DNA from: Eledone cirrhosa
Taxonomy: Eukaryota
Length of the DNA: 64,000 nt
NCBI GenBank assembly: GCA_964016885.1
Contig: OZ024742.1
Span: 319,672,001 to 319,736,000 of the forward strand
Reading direction: 5' to 3'
Shown: positions 32,370 to 45,616 of the stretch, one piece after another
Position numbering within the stretch: position 1 is the stretch's first letter
Layout: the number at the start of each line of letters is the position of its first letter
Position numbers and translations under genes: made by a program
The notes under the pieces: model-generated
Told to the model about the DNA's origin: nothing
Database searches by the model: none
What the model saw: the letters and a program-made list of their open reading frames with translations, nothing else

Positions 32370-32647
32370 CCACACGCACTCTCACCCCCACATCCCTACA
32401 CGCGTACACACACACACACACACATGTTGCACGTTTATTTACATGCATACACACAAATATACATACATACACGCATATACAAGGGTTCATACATATACAC
32501 TCACACATACACAAATACATACATAAAATTCAGCATGTAATAACGTATACACACGTATAGATACAGAAACATTTGCACGTGTGCACATATAACTCAAGAC
32601 ATTCATCCATACCTGCGTGCGCGTGCACACACGCACACACACGCACA

Positions 32648-32720
<73 letters not shown>

Positions 32721-32884
32721 GCATTTACCTAGTTGACGTCTAGATTCCACTGAAAGAGTCTTGCGTCTATGTTAGAAACCGACTCTCTCTCTATTGGTGA
32801 ACATTTATAAAATAATGTAACCAGAAGTACATACATGCATACATGCATATATACGTACATACATACAAGAGAGAGAGAGAGAGT

Positions 32885-32975
<91 letters not shown>

Positions 32976-33039
32976 ATATGGATAAGCATAGTCTATCTTG
33001 GACCAATAATCGCTATATTGGCTTTCACTTTGAATGATA

Positions 33040-33509
33040 TGGTTTTGCAACCCAAAATAGGAAATAACTCAAAATACCTCAAAATAACTCAAAAGAGATA
33101 GGGATGCAAGCAAAACGCCTATATGTGACAACAAATACAGACTCTGGAATTAACATTGAAGATGTCACCCATATAATAAGTAGATATCCAAAGATGTCAT
33201 GATGGTACTATCTACTTATAAGACATGATATAGTGGCCAAAACACTATAGAATGCAATCCCTAGAAAGCATAGCCCCGACAATAAACATAAAAAGTTAAA
33301 GCAATATGGAAGACATATACATATATAATATGAAAGAGTACTGATGGAATGTTCCAGTCAAAACCCCAGTAAAATGCAAGCATAACATATCAGATATAGT
33401 GATACGGGGCAGGGAAAAGAAGGCATACACAGTAGTTGAAGTCAGCTCCCCAGCAAAGGGGTAAGAATACTTTGTTGTACAATTAAAGAGCTCAGGATTT
33501 CTGGAAAGC

Positions 33510-33510
<1 letters not shown>
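33040..33510 (+). mobile_element. R4/Dong-like (RLE) non-LTR C-terminal relic
   Basis: EDVTHIISR.PKMS...RHDIVAKTL (CCHC region) and WNVPVKTPVKCKHNISDIVI...TVVEVSSP (PD..D/E nuclease region). Confidence 0.7.
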
Positions 33511-33583
<73 letters not shown>

Positions 33584-34061
33584 GTTAATCACGGTGTTAT
33601 TAAATTATATATATATAGGGGTTAAAATCCAAACGGTCAAACGGTGAGCCTAGCATTTCAACTTGTTTCTACGTTTCCACTTGGAAATAAGTTGAAACGG
33701 ATGGGTTCGCCGTTGGGATTTTACCTCTTCACTATACCCACACTTCATCTCATCATGCATCGAGTACTACCCTGATTTGTGGTCTTCCCGCTTCTCACGC
33801 TGTAGACACTCCACATACACTCACACAAACTCGTGTACACACACATATGCACTTTTGTTAAAAGTGCATATTTTAGGTTTTGTTTTTTGCTTCTACATGT
33901 GATTGTGTGTGTGAATGTATGTGTGCCAGCATGCTCAGGCATGCTCCAGCTTATCTGTGCGTGTATATGTGTATGTGCATGTGTGTACATGTGTATGTGT
34001 GTGAATGCGAACGTCTGTGTGCTTTGTAAGCAATTCAGATAACAACACTCTTTTGACATTA

Positions 34062-34281
34062 TAGGTACACCACCGATTCTTCAATAACCTTGTTTTCAAA
34101 CCCATGCCGGATTATCCATTATGCTGGACGAGAAAATAATTTATTAGAAACATATATGAAGGTGAAAATGAAAAGAAATTAATCTGGCAGGTTATGGGAA
34201 ATTCATTTATCTATCCGTAATTATCTACGGATCAAAAGAGGTGCCGGATAATCAGTTGCCGGAAAATCGGTGGCTCACCTG
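34062..34281. mobile_element. Tc1/mariner-pogo-type MITE
   Basis: Imperfect TIRs TAGGTACACCACCGATT / CAGGTGAGCCACCGATT with TA on both sides. Confidence 0.65.
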
Positions 34282-34367
34282 TACTACTTCATAGACCACG
34301 TATTTATTTTTTTCGTGACCTGTGTATGTTATTTGTATTTATCTTAGTATTGTATTGTGTGAAGATT

Positions 34368-34635
34368 CGTGGCTTTGTGGTTAGGATGTTAGGCTCATAA
34401 TCATATGGTCGTGAGTTAGATGTTCCAGTTCACACAGCTGGCAAAAATGTACTTTAATTTAAAAAAATACCCGTAATTCAAAGGGTCAGTCACTGTGCCA
34501 CACTGAATCGCTCTTTAGAACTACGCTATGGGTACGCGCCTCTATGGAATACTCAGCCATTTGCACGATAAATTGATGAGTAGGCTGTTCCGTTGATTGC
34601 ATCAACTGAAACATTCATCCTCGGAACCGACGGAG
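34368..34635 (+). mobile_element. tRNA-derived SINE
   Basis: GTGGCTTTGTGGTTAGG A box-like and GGTCGTGAGTTAGA B box-like head. Confidence 0.55.
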
Positions 34636-34794
34636 GTCGAATACATTGAATTGTGATACAAGTACCGGTACTTTTGAGGTTCCTCAAATCAAAACGTGGT
34701 GGTCATGGCCGGAACGCCTTTGACCATACGTTTGCTGAATCAGGATAGCCTTGGGTCAAAGCTACTACTACTATTACTACTGCTGCTGCTACTG

Positions 34795-34867
<73 letters not shown>

Positions 34868-35233
34868 ACGCACATATGCACACATATGTTCGCTCGCATT
34901 ACACTAAGATGGGAATACCTTACCAGCGGCATATATGCATACCAGCATAACAACACCTCATAACAGTATTAGTATCTGATGATGTCACATGGAGACTGTC
35001 AATGATGTAACCCTTTCATAACAATATCATTGAAATATATATTATGAAGTAAAACAATTATGTAAATGTAACTCTGTCTTAATATTTCGTAAATGGGAAC
35101 TCCGTCACACTTAATTACCAACATTTCACTGGAGATACACTACTGACGTAGAGTGCTTTTGATGCATAAATCGGTTTATCCTCGCGGCGTTACAACGTAA
35201 CCTTCACGGATAAGCACCTTAATTATCTGCATA

Positions 35234-35411
35234 TGGATTGGCAGTATCGGTAGAGGGTCGGACGCCATGCTTTCCAGCATAGTTACGTCCCTTTACGATC
35301 TGAGTTCAAATCCCGCCGAGGTTGACTTTGCCTTTCATCCTTACGGGGTCGATAAAATAAAGTACCAGTAATGCACTGGGTAATTGCTGGCCTTGTGCCT
35401 AAAGTAGAAAC

Positions 35412-35415
<4 letters not shown>
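35234..35415 (+). mobile_element. Full-length Meta-core tRNA SINE
   Basis: Nearly identical to 59641-59821. Confidence 0.9.
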
Positions 35416-35453
<38 letters not shown>

Positions 35454-35460
<7 letters not shown>

Positions 35461-35641
35461 CAGCAGTGACATAGACAGGTACTCAAGTTTTGTTGGGTTC
35501 TGGGCTCCAATTTCTTCAGCCTGTCATGAGAAAAATGAAAGTCTTTCATTTGTCTTTCATTTTTCTCATGACAGGCTAAAGAAATTGGGGCCCAGAACCC
35601 AACGAAACTTGAGTACCTGCTTATGTCACTGCTGTAATTAT
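35454..35641. ncRNA. Palindrome of two divergent PLE-type minimal hammerhead motifs (35474-35525 -, 35570-35620 +)
   Basis: Consensus GACAGG CTGAAGA AATTGGG..CCCAAC GAAA CTTGAG TA CCTGTC; each arm has one core substitution. Confidence 0.65.
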
Positions 35642-35863
35642 TTATACTAAACTCGTCCTATGGACTGAGTGCTATTACTCTTGGATATTTCCACTCAACA
35701 TTTACTTCAGTATATATATAAGGTATAAACCGAAGTTTTAGCTGTTGTACAGCAAGTATTATACTATTCGATTTGTTTGAGGCAATCACAAATAACTCAA
35801 TGAAGCGAATATATAAAAGTATGCATATATATATATATGCATGAATGCATCTATATTTATCTA

Positions 35864-35920
<57 letters not shown>

Positions 35921-35930
35921 GTATATGTAT

Positions 35931-36657
35931 CTACCGAGGAGCTCTACCGGTTCGTGACAAGATCTACAGGCACGGACGCCCTGGCAGGGATCCTTCCAAG
36001 AGGACGTGTCCAAGATGTGCGCAGGACATTGAAACAGTTCTGCACGCAATTGTACACTGCCCGAGCGTAAGCGACCTGTGGAACTATGCAGAACAACTGC
36101 TGTCGCGTATGGGACAAATACAGTTGACTGCCGAGTCCATAGTAAGGATCAAACCGCCAGCCTCTTTCAAAAACGAAAGAGAGGCGGTTTTCCTCTGTAC
36201 GGTGGCTATGGTGAAAGAAGTTATATGGTGGACGAGGTTGAGAGGACTGAGGACAGATGCCTTTCTCTCCGGACAACAATTGATTCCATTCTTTAAGTAT
36301 CACTTTAGAAGGAGAATCAGGGTGGAGAGAGAGGCACTGCACCCCAGTAAATTTACTGAAAGGTGGGTGAATGAAGCGAAAATGGCCCGAGTGATTGGGC
36401 CTTCTCTGTTTATAAGCCTGTAGGTTGAGGAAGAGAGCAAAAGGAAGAAAGGAGCACTTGCACAACACGCTCCTTGAGTTGAGGGTTGTTCTATCGACGG
36501 GGTATTAAACAACCCATTTGTGGCGCCTCCCCCCTATTGGGGATTTCGATTGTTGAAATTGTTTGTTTTTATATTTTTTACACGACTGTATGTAAAATCC
36601 CCGGCATGTCTTTGTATTGTCCCCTTTCTTGTTGCGCCCTTGTGGCTAATAAAGAAA
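35931..36657 (+). mobile_element. 5'-truncated Tx1 LINE (CCHC region and 3' UTR)
   Basis: YRGALPVRDK...CPRC...HAIVHC; stop 36423; AATAAAGAAA then TCTATCT; (TCTA)n upstream. Confidence 0.92.
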
Positions 36658-36665
36658 TCTATCTG

Positions 36666-36697
<32 letters not shown>

Positions 36698-36800
36698 TGT
36701 ATGTATGTATGTATGTATGTATGCATGTATGCATGTATGTATATATGTATATATGTATGTATGTATGTATGCATGAATGTATATATGTATGTATGTGTGC

Positions 36801-36914
<114 letters not shown>

Positions 36915-37312
36915 GAGAGATGGTGTGTGTACACGTGTCTATGTATTAAAATGAAGGTTTCCAAGAGCCTGCGAACGCCATGAGCAGTGCTCCTTCTTCA
37001 ATCATAGCCAAATATAAATAAATAAAAAGACGATCATTATAGTGCATATGTAAACCTTTATACGAGTGGCATCGTGTATAATATATACACTACACTCATT
37101 GCATTAATGTATGCATTAATACAGTTGGCAGTAAGACAATAATTACCGGTCAGTGATAAACACCTATCGACATGTACATGTACACACATAAAGAAAAACT
37201 CTTGCAACCACACATGCATACACATGCACACATGCATACATGCACAAACGCACGCATGCATGCACACAAACGGACACACACACACACACACACACACATA
37301 CACACACATATA

Positions 37313-37381
<69 letters not shown>

Positions 37382-37502
37382 GTGGGCGGGTGCGTGCAGA
37401 TGGAGAGAGAGAGAAATAGAAAGAGAGATTTTGATGTATAGACAGACCGGTATATAGACATACAGACAGATATTGAATATATATATATATATAAATATTA
37501 TA

Positions 37503-37933
37503 GATATCTTTCTTTATTTGCCACAGGGGCATTACAAGACGTGACGGCGGGGATTTTACATAAAATTTTTAACAATGATAACATTTTTAACAATGATAAA
37601 TAACAATAAACTATATAAAAATAAAACAATTGAAATCCCCATTAGTGGGGGGGGGGGGGGGGGTTAACGCTACTGCGGGGTTGTTTTACACCCAACGGAT
37701 AGAACAACACTCAACACCAGGAACACGTTTTGTAGGTGTTCCCGTCATCCATCTCTTTGTCTTCCTCAACCTACAGGTTTATATACATAGAAGGCCTATT
37801 CACCCGGGCCATTTTCGCCACATTCACCCACCTTTCAGCGAATTTACTGAGGTGTAGCACTTCTCTCTCTCCACTCTCACCTTCCTTCTGAAGCGGTACT
37901 TAAAGAAGGGGATAAGTTGTTGTCCGGAGAGAG
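37503..37933 (-). mobile_element. 5'-truncated Tx1 LINE 3' end
   Basis: LSGQQLIPFFKYRFRRKVRVERE; ends AATAAAGAAAGATATCTA. Confidence 0.88.
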
Positions 37934-38109
37934 ATAAATATGCGTACTTGTGCAGAAACGTAAGCTGACATGTCACGTATACATCGATTTGTGCAGTCAG
38001 ATATACACTCATACAAACATTCTACGCACATTTTATTTGTGTTTAGATAAACACCTGTTTATCGCCGTCTATAGTTCAAACACGTATCCCCAGCATTTCA
38101 AAGGCTTTA

Positions 38110-39260
38110 TTGTTGTTGTTACTATTACTGTTGTTGTTGTTGTTGTTACTGTTGTCGTTGTTACTGTTGTTGTTGTTGTTGTTGTAACTGTTGTTGTAAC
38201 TGTTTTTGTTGTCGTTGTTGTTGTTGTTACTGTTGTTACTGTTATTGTTGTTACTGTTGTTGTTGTTACTGTTGTTGTTGTTGTTGTTACTGTTGTTGTT
38301 GTTGTTACTGTTGTTGTAACTGTTTTTTGTTGTTGTTACTGTTGTTGTTTTCTCCACTTGGACCAACTTTCTTTCTATCTTCCTTCATTGCTTTCTTTCT
38401 TTTTCGTTTCTTTTTCTTCGTTTCATGTGTGTATGTATGTATGTATGTATTTATGTGTGTATGTGTGTATGTATGTGTGTGTGTATGTGTGTATGTATGG
38501 ATGTGTATGTATGTATGTATGTATGTATGTATGTATGTATGTATGTATGTATGTATGTATGTATGTGTTTATGTATGTATGTATGCATGCATGTGTATGC
38601 ATGTATGTATGTATGTATGTGTTTATGTATGTATGTATGCATGCATGTGTATGCATGTATGTATGTGTATGTATGTGTATGTATGTGTGTGTATGTATGC
38701 ATACATGTGTGTATTTTAGTATGTGTGTATGTATACGTGTATGTATGTATGTATGTATGTATGTATGTATGTATGTATGTATGTGTTTATGTATGTATGT
38801 ATGTATGTATGTGTTTATGTATGTATGTATGCATGCATGTGTATGCATGTATGTATGTATGTGTTTATGTATGTATGTATGCATGCATGTGTATGCATGT
38901 ATGTATGTATGGATAGACGTATGTGTATATGTATGGATAGACGTATGTGTATATGTATGTGTGTATGTATGTGTGTGTATGTATGTATGTATGTGTTTAT
39001 GTATGTATGTAAGGATGGATGGATGGATGTGTGTATGTATGTATGTGTGTTCATGCATGTATGTATGCATGTGTATGTATATACGTATATACATATGTAT
39101 ATATATATATATATACATGTGTGTGCGTGTCTATGTATGTGTGTGTGTGTACGTGCGTGTATGTGCACGTGTGTGTCTATGTATGTGTCTATGTATGTGT
39201 GTATATATATGTGTGTGTGTGTGTGTATGTGTGTATGTGTGTGTGTGTCTGTGTGTGTTG
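38110..39260. repeat. (GTT)n and (TATG)n/(TG)n low-complexity tract
   Basis: Direct inspection. Confidence 0.95.
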
Positions 39261-39554
39261 TATTGGAATCGCATATACTTATCCTTCTATTCTTTCAAGC
39301 ACCCCACTAACAAATACCTCCACCCCCCAACAAATACCTCCACCACCACCCTTCTAAGACATACTGTAGTCACCTACCTTTTAATATATATATACACATA
39401 CACACACATGTATAATATATATACATACATGCATAGCTGTCTATCTATCTACCTATCTACATACCCCTCTATCTATCTGTCTATCTGTCTATCTGTCTTA
39501 TACCTTATGGTAAATAAAGAAATATATCTGTCTATCTGTCTATATACCTTCATA

Positions 39555-39930
39555 CCTGGTTGAGGAAAAAGAGGAAGAGAGGAAAGGTGTACTCACTCTT
39601 CGTACTCCTGGAGATGAGGGTTGCACATTTTTTCGGGGGTATGTGTTACCTATATGTAATTGGGGAAAATCGATTAATTTTTAAATTGCATTTGTGATAA
39701 TATTTTACACGTTTTTATAGTATGTAAACTTCCCCCTTTGTATTTGTCCCCTTCTTTTGTGCCCCTGTGGCTAATAAAGAAACATATCTATCTATCTAAA
39801 ACATATCTATCTATCTGTCTATCTATTTGTTTGTTAACATTTTTCTTTTTACACGACTGTGTGTAAAATCCCCGTCACATGTCCTTGTATTGTCCCCTTT
39901 TCTTGTGCGCCCTTGTGGCAAATAAAGAAA
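39555..39930 (+). mobile_element. Two tandem Tx1 3' UTR fragments (39555-39783, 39826-39930)
   Basis: Match 44083-44320 and 36560-36657; each ends AATAAAGAAA plus (TATC)n. Confidence 0.85.
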
Positions 39931-39986
39931 TATATCTATGTATCTATTTATCTATCTATCCATCCATCCATCCATCCATTCATCTA

Positions 39987-40057
<71 letters not shown>

Positions 40058-40059
40058 GT

Positions 40060-40952
40060 CTGGAGACTCCACCGCAACATTCTATAGAGGGCTGGTACGC
40101 AGCAGGTGCGACGACGCCCTCGGAGAAGCTCTAGACATGGAGGAGGACGAACTGGCCAGCCTGTTCGGTAGGACATTCAGCCCGGGACCTATGGACAACT
40201 TCCAGAAGTCCCTGGCCTGGCAGTGTTACCGAGGGGCTTTACCCGTTCGAGAAAGGCTCTACAGACACGGGCGCCCGGGTAGGGACCCCGCCAAAAAGAT
40301 CTGTCCCAGATGCGTGTGCGACGAGGAAACCGTTGCACACGCATTGGTACACTGCTCGGGCGTAGCCGATCTGTGGGGTTATGTCGAACAACTGCTGTCA
40401 AGGGTGGGACCGATCCGGTTGACCACCGAGTCTATTGTAATGATCAAGCCGCCTCCCCCCTTCAAAGATGAAGCAGAGGCGGTGTTTCTGTGCGTAATAG
40501 CCATGGCGAAAGAGGTTGTATGGTGGACGCGTCTGAAAGGACTGAGGTCAGGCACCTTTCTCTCTGGCCAACAACTGGTCCGTTTCTTCCGATATCATTT
40601 CGGAAGAAGGATCAGGATGGAGAGAGAGGTGCTGCACCCCAGTCGTTTTTATGAAAGGTGGGTGAAAGTGGCGAGAATGGCCCGTGTGAATGGAAGGAAT
40701 GGAAGGAACGAGGGAGCACCCCCTCTCTGTGCTCCTGAGGAAAAGGGTTGCACACTTTTTTCGGGGGTGTGTGCGACCCCCCAAGGCGCCTCCTCTCTAT
40801 TGAGGATTTTGTTATAAATTTTATTTTTTGTTATATTTTATTTTATTTTTATATTTTGTTATTGCCTCCTCCTTATTGAGGACGCCTTTTTGTGTAAACT
40901 CCCCCCTTTGTACTTGTCCCACTTTTGATGCCCTGGTGGCAAATAAAAGAAA
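40060..40952 (+). mobile_element. 5'-truncated Tx1 LINE
   Basis: GDSTATFYRGLVRS...CPRC...HC...RWVKVARMARVNG; flanked by (TATC)n. Confidence 0.92.
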
Positions 40953-41006
40953 CATATCTATCTATCTGTCTGTCTGTCTATATGTCTGTCTATCTATCTA
41001 TCTATC

Positions 41007-41183
41007 TTGCACATTTTTTTTCGGGGGTATGTGTTACCCATATAAACTGTCTCCCTCTATTGGGGAAAATCGACTAACTTTTTAAATTCCATTTGTGATA
41101 ACATTTTACACGTTTTTATTGTATGTAAACTTCCCCCTTTGTATTTGTCCCCTTCTTTTGTGCCCCTGTGGCTAATAAAGAAA
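41007..41183 (+). mobile_element. Tx1 3' UTR fragment
   Basis: Near-identical to 44146-44320; (TATC)n on both sides. Confidence 0.9.
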
Positions 41184-41185
41184 TA

Positions 41186-41251
<66 letters not shown>

Positions 41252-41252
<1 letters not shown>

Positions 41253-44083
41253 TGATTCTAGTTAGAAATAAGGATAGGGACATGTTAAGCTGTCCACAAA
41301 TGTTCATGGTTGCCTATTCAGATCACAAACTAGTGACCTGCATGGCCAACCTTGATAGAACCCATAGACAAGGACCCGGCTACTGGAAGCTGAACTTGTC
41401 GTTACCGACAAGCAAAGCCTACAGTAGACAGATTAGCACTTTAGTTAAACAGCACTTGACAGGGGCCATTGTCAACAACAGATGGTGGTACTCTCTCAAG
41501 AGGGCAGTTAGATTAGACTCGATAGTTTTTAGTAAAGAATTAGCGTTAGATAGAAATAGAACCGAGAAGGAACTGGTAGATAAAGTAGAAGAGGCAATTA
41601 GAAGTGGCAACGTCGCCAGCGTGCTAGCAACGAGAACGGCCTTGGACCAGTTCTTCGACGCAAAGCACGAGGGCTGCGTTGTCAGAAGCAAAATACGTGC
41701 TCTGGGAAACGAGGGAGCCAAAGCTGTTAGCTGGGCCCGAGTGACGGAGGCAAAAAGTGGCAACAAGTCCACGATTCGGTCTTTGAAGGACCAAAACGGA
41801 CGCGTGATACGTGAGCCGAAGCAGATGTGTGCGGCTTTTCAGCGGCACTTTGTTCGGCTGTTCGGGGGGAGCGGCGCGCCGGGAGAGGCTATGGATTTCG
41901 GTCCATACCTCGACGGCCTACCGCGACTCTCGGACAGCGAGGCGAAGTTCTGCGAAAAGCCGATTTCAGCCACTGAGATAGGGGACGCGCTGAGCCAATG
42001 CGGCAAACGCAAATCTCCAGGTCTCGACGGTCTACCCTACGAATTTTACGTAGCAATGCCGGACTTATTCTCCGGTCTCCTGGAAGCGGTCTACTGCAAC
42101 TGGCAACAGAACGGGAGAATTCCCAGTTCTGTAACCGGGGGCGTGGTCACACTAATCAGGAAGGACGAGAATAAGGGGGATGACATAGGCAACTTCCGGC
42201 CCATAACTCTGCTAAACACAGAGTTACAGATTTTGGCCAAGGTGTTGGCAAAGAGGCTGGCGCTTGTCGTCGAGAACCTAGTGGGAGAAGCGCAGACATG
42301 CGCGATCCCGACCAGGTCCATACACGACAACCTCCACCTCATGCGATACATCATAGAGAGGGTAGGGTGTAAACCCGGCTTCGGTGGGGCCCTGATCAAC
42401 TTGGATCAGTCTAAGGCTTTCGATAGGGTTGACCATCGTTACCTGGATGCGGTGCTCGAGGCGGCAGGCTTCGGACCCGTGTTCAGGGGCTGGATTGCTG
42501 CAATGCACAACAGCAACATCTGCTCAAGGGTCAAGGTGAACGGTTACCTCTCGGAGCCGTTCCATATTACGCGATCCATTCGACAGGGATGCCCTCTCTC
42601 CTCCCTTCTGTACGTACTGACTCTCGAGCCACTACTGCGGAAGCTGGAGCTATTGCAGGGCATCCCTCTGGAACCGGGACTGCGGAAAGCGGCGTCGGCC
42701 TACGCCGACGACGTGACAGTAATGGTGTCGAGCGCCTCGCAAATCGAGGAAGTCGGCACCTTACTAAAGGAATACGAAAGTCTCACAGGAGCGAAGCTGA
42801 ACCGGGACAAGTCCATCGGTTTGCAACTCGGATCGTGGAGAGGCAGACCGATGCCTTCCGATGGCGTCGTCGGACGCTGGACGGAAGGACCGGTAAAGCT
42901 GCTCGGGGTCTGGTTTGGTCCGGACCTCCAGGTGGAGAAGAACTGGAACGAAGTGACGGCCAAGGTGTTTGCACTCACCCAGAAGTGGGCCGAGTGCAAA
43001 CTATCCTTGAAAGGTCGAGCGGAGGTGGCGAACACTTTTATAGCGTCCGCCATCTACTACCGCTTGACCGTCGTGCCTTGTCCAGCCAAAACGCTCGCCA
43101 AAATGGAGCGCGCCCTCTTCCGATTCCTTTGGAAGAGGCGGGCTCCTTTGGTAAGAAGATCCATCTGCTGCCAACACCCTTCTAACGGAGGGCTGGGGAT
43201 GCCGTGGTTGACGATGCGCAAACACGCGCTCAGGCTGCGGCATCTCTACGTATTCCTCACCGGACAACCGGTGTGGGCCCCGTTCGTGAGGCGAGCCTTC
43301 CCACGACTCGTCTCGCTGACCGAGCTGCAGTCCTGGGTCAAGCAGAGACCGAGGAAAATGGGCGACTGGCACATCGAATGTGCTCAGGCGCTCACAGCCC
43401 TCTGGCAGGCGGACCCGGCGATCAGTGGAGACTCCACTTCGTCATTCTATAGAGGGTTGGTCCGCAGCAAGTGCGACGACGCGCTCGGTGAAACTCTAGG
43501 CGTGGAGGAAGATGAACTGGCCAGTCTGTTCGGTAGGACCTTCCGCCCGGGACCGATGGACAACTTCCAAAAGTCCCTGGCCTGGCAGTGCTACCGAGGA
43601 GCTCTACCAGTTCGAGACAAGCTCTACAGACATGGGCGCCCGGGCAGGGACCCTGCAAAAAAGATCTGTCCGAGGTGCGTGCGAGACGAAGAAACCGTCG
43701 CGCACGCATTCATACACTGCCCGGGCGTCACTGACCTGTGGGGCTATGTAGAACGACTATTGTCGCGGGTGGGACCAATCCAGTTGACCACCGAGTCCAT
43801 TGTCATGATCAAACCGCCACCCTCCTTCAAAAACGAAGGAGAGGCGGTTTTCCTTTGTGTGATAGCTATGGCGAAAGAGGTTGTATGGTGGACAAGGTTG
43901 AAAGGGCTGAGGTCAGACACCTTTCTCTCCGGCCAACAACTGATTCTTTTTTTCAAATACCACTTTGGAAGAAGAATCAGGATGGAGAGAGAGGTGCTGT
44001 ACCCCAGCAAGTTTTATGAAAGGTGGGTGAAAGTGGCGAGAATGGCCCGAGTGAATGGGCCTTCTCTCTATATCAGCCTGTAG
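41252..44083 (+). CDS. Tx1 ORF2: APE C-terminus, reverse transcriptase, CCHC finger
   Basis: SDHKLV, WKLN, KSPGLDGLP, FRPITLLN, DQSKAFDRVDH, RQGCPLS, YADD, GGLG, CPRC..ET..H..IHC. Confidence 0.9.
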
Positions 44084-44320
44084 GTTGAGGAAAAGGAGGA
44101 GGAGAGGAAAGGAGTACAAGCTCTTCGTACTCCTGGAGATGAGGGTTGCACATTTTTTTCGGGGGTCTGTGTTACCCATATAAACTGTCTCCCTCTATTG
44201 GGGAAAATCGACTAACTTTTAAATTCCATCTGTGATAACATTTTACACGTTTTTATTGTATGTAAACTTCCCCCTTTGTATTTGTCCCCTTCTTTTGTGC
44301 CCCTGTGGCTAATAAAGAAA
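41252..44320 (+). mobile_element. Young Tx1/L1-clade LINE, 5'-truncated within the endonuclease
   Basis: Uninterrupted frame to TAG 44083; 3' UTR ends AATAAAGAAA plus (TATC)n. Confidence 0.95.
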
Positions 44321-44372
44321 TATATCTATCTATCTATCTATCTATCCATCCATTCATTTATCCATCTATTTA

Positions 44373-44441
<69 letters not shown>

Positions 44442-44624
44442 GTGTCTGTTTTCCACTCCTTCCATCATATACCGTCTCGCCTGGGAAAGAAAGTCATCCG
44501 GGCAGCTTGTGTGCAATGGAGAAGAAATATAGTGACAACCAAATATGGTAATAGCAATAGTTTTGCCGTAACGGCGGAGTCGAACAACACTCCTCCACCA
44601 CAACCAGTACAATCGTCATTATTT

Positions 44625-45600
44625 CTATCACCATCGCCACCGCTATCACCATCACCATCATCAGCACAAGCACCAACGTCGCCATCACCATCATCATCAT
44701 CAGCACAAGCACCAACGTCGCCATCACCATCATCATCATCAGCACAAGCACCAACGTCGCCATCATCATCACCAGCACAAGCACCAACGTCGCCATCATC
44801 ACTATCACCATCACCAGCACAAGCACCAACGTCGCCATCACCATCAACATCATCAGCACAAGCCCCAAACGTCGCCACCATCACCATCACCACCATCAGC
44901 ACAAGCCCCAACGTCGCCACCATCACCATCACCATCACCACCATCAGCACAAGCTCCAACGTCGCCACCATCACCATCACCATTACCATCACCATCACCA
45001 CCATCAGCACAAGCTCCAACGTCGCCACCATCACCATCACCATCACCATCACCACCATCAGCACAAGCTCCAACGTCGCCACCATCACCATCACCATCAC
45101 CACCATCAGCACAAGCCCCAACGTCGCCACCATCACCATCACCATCACCATCACCACCATCAGCACAAGCTCCAACGTCGCCACCATCACCATCACCATC
45201 ACCACCATCAGCACAAGCCCCAACGTCGCCAACATCACCATCACCATCACCATCACCACCATCAGCACAAGCTCCAACGTCGCCACCATCACCATCACCA
45301 TCATCATTACCGTCATGAACGCCACCACTGTTACCATCACCAATACCAACATCGCCACTATTACATCATCATCATCATCATCATCAACAACAGCAGCAGC
45401 ACCAGCACCACCACTGTAATCACCATCACTATCTCTATCACCATTATAACCACCAACACCATCACCAGCACAAACACCTACCTCACCTCATCCTTCTCCT
45501 CCTCGTCATCATTATCCCCATCATTACCCTCCGCCTCCTCCTTCTCTTCCCCCTCCCCACTACCATCATCATCATCATCATAATACCCACTGCCGCTTTA
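44625..45600. repeat. CAC/CAT-rich minisatellite with unit ATCAGCACAAGC(T/C/A)CCAACGTCGCCA plus (CCATCA)n
   Basis: Direct inspection. Confidence 0.9.
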
Positions 45601-45616
45601 ACAACCTGCTATATCA

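Noticed and set aside
41168-41251. N-terminus MANKEIYLSIYLS of the 971 aa ORF (also in ORFs 39879 and 35845)
   Set aside because: Upstream Tx1 3' UTR plus (TATC)n read in frame; not a real start.
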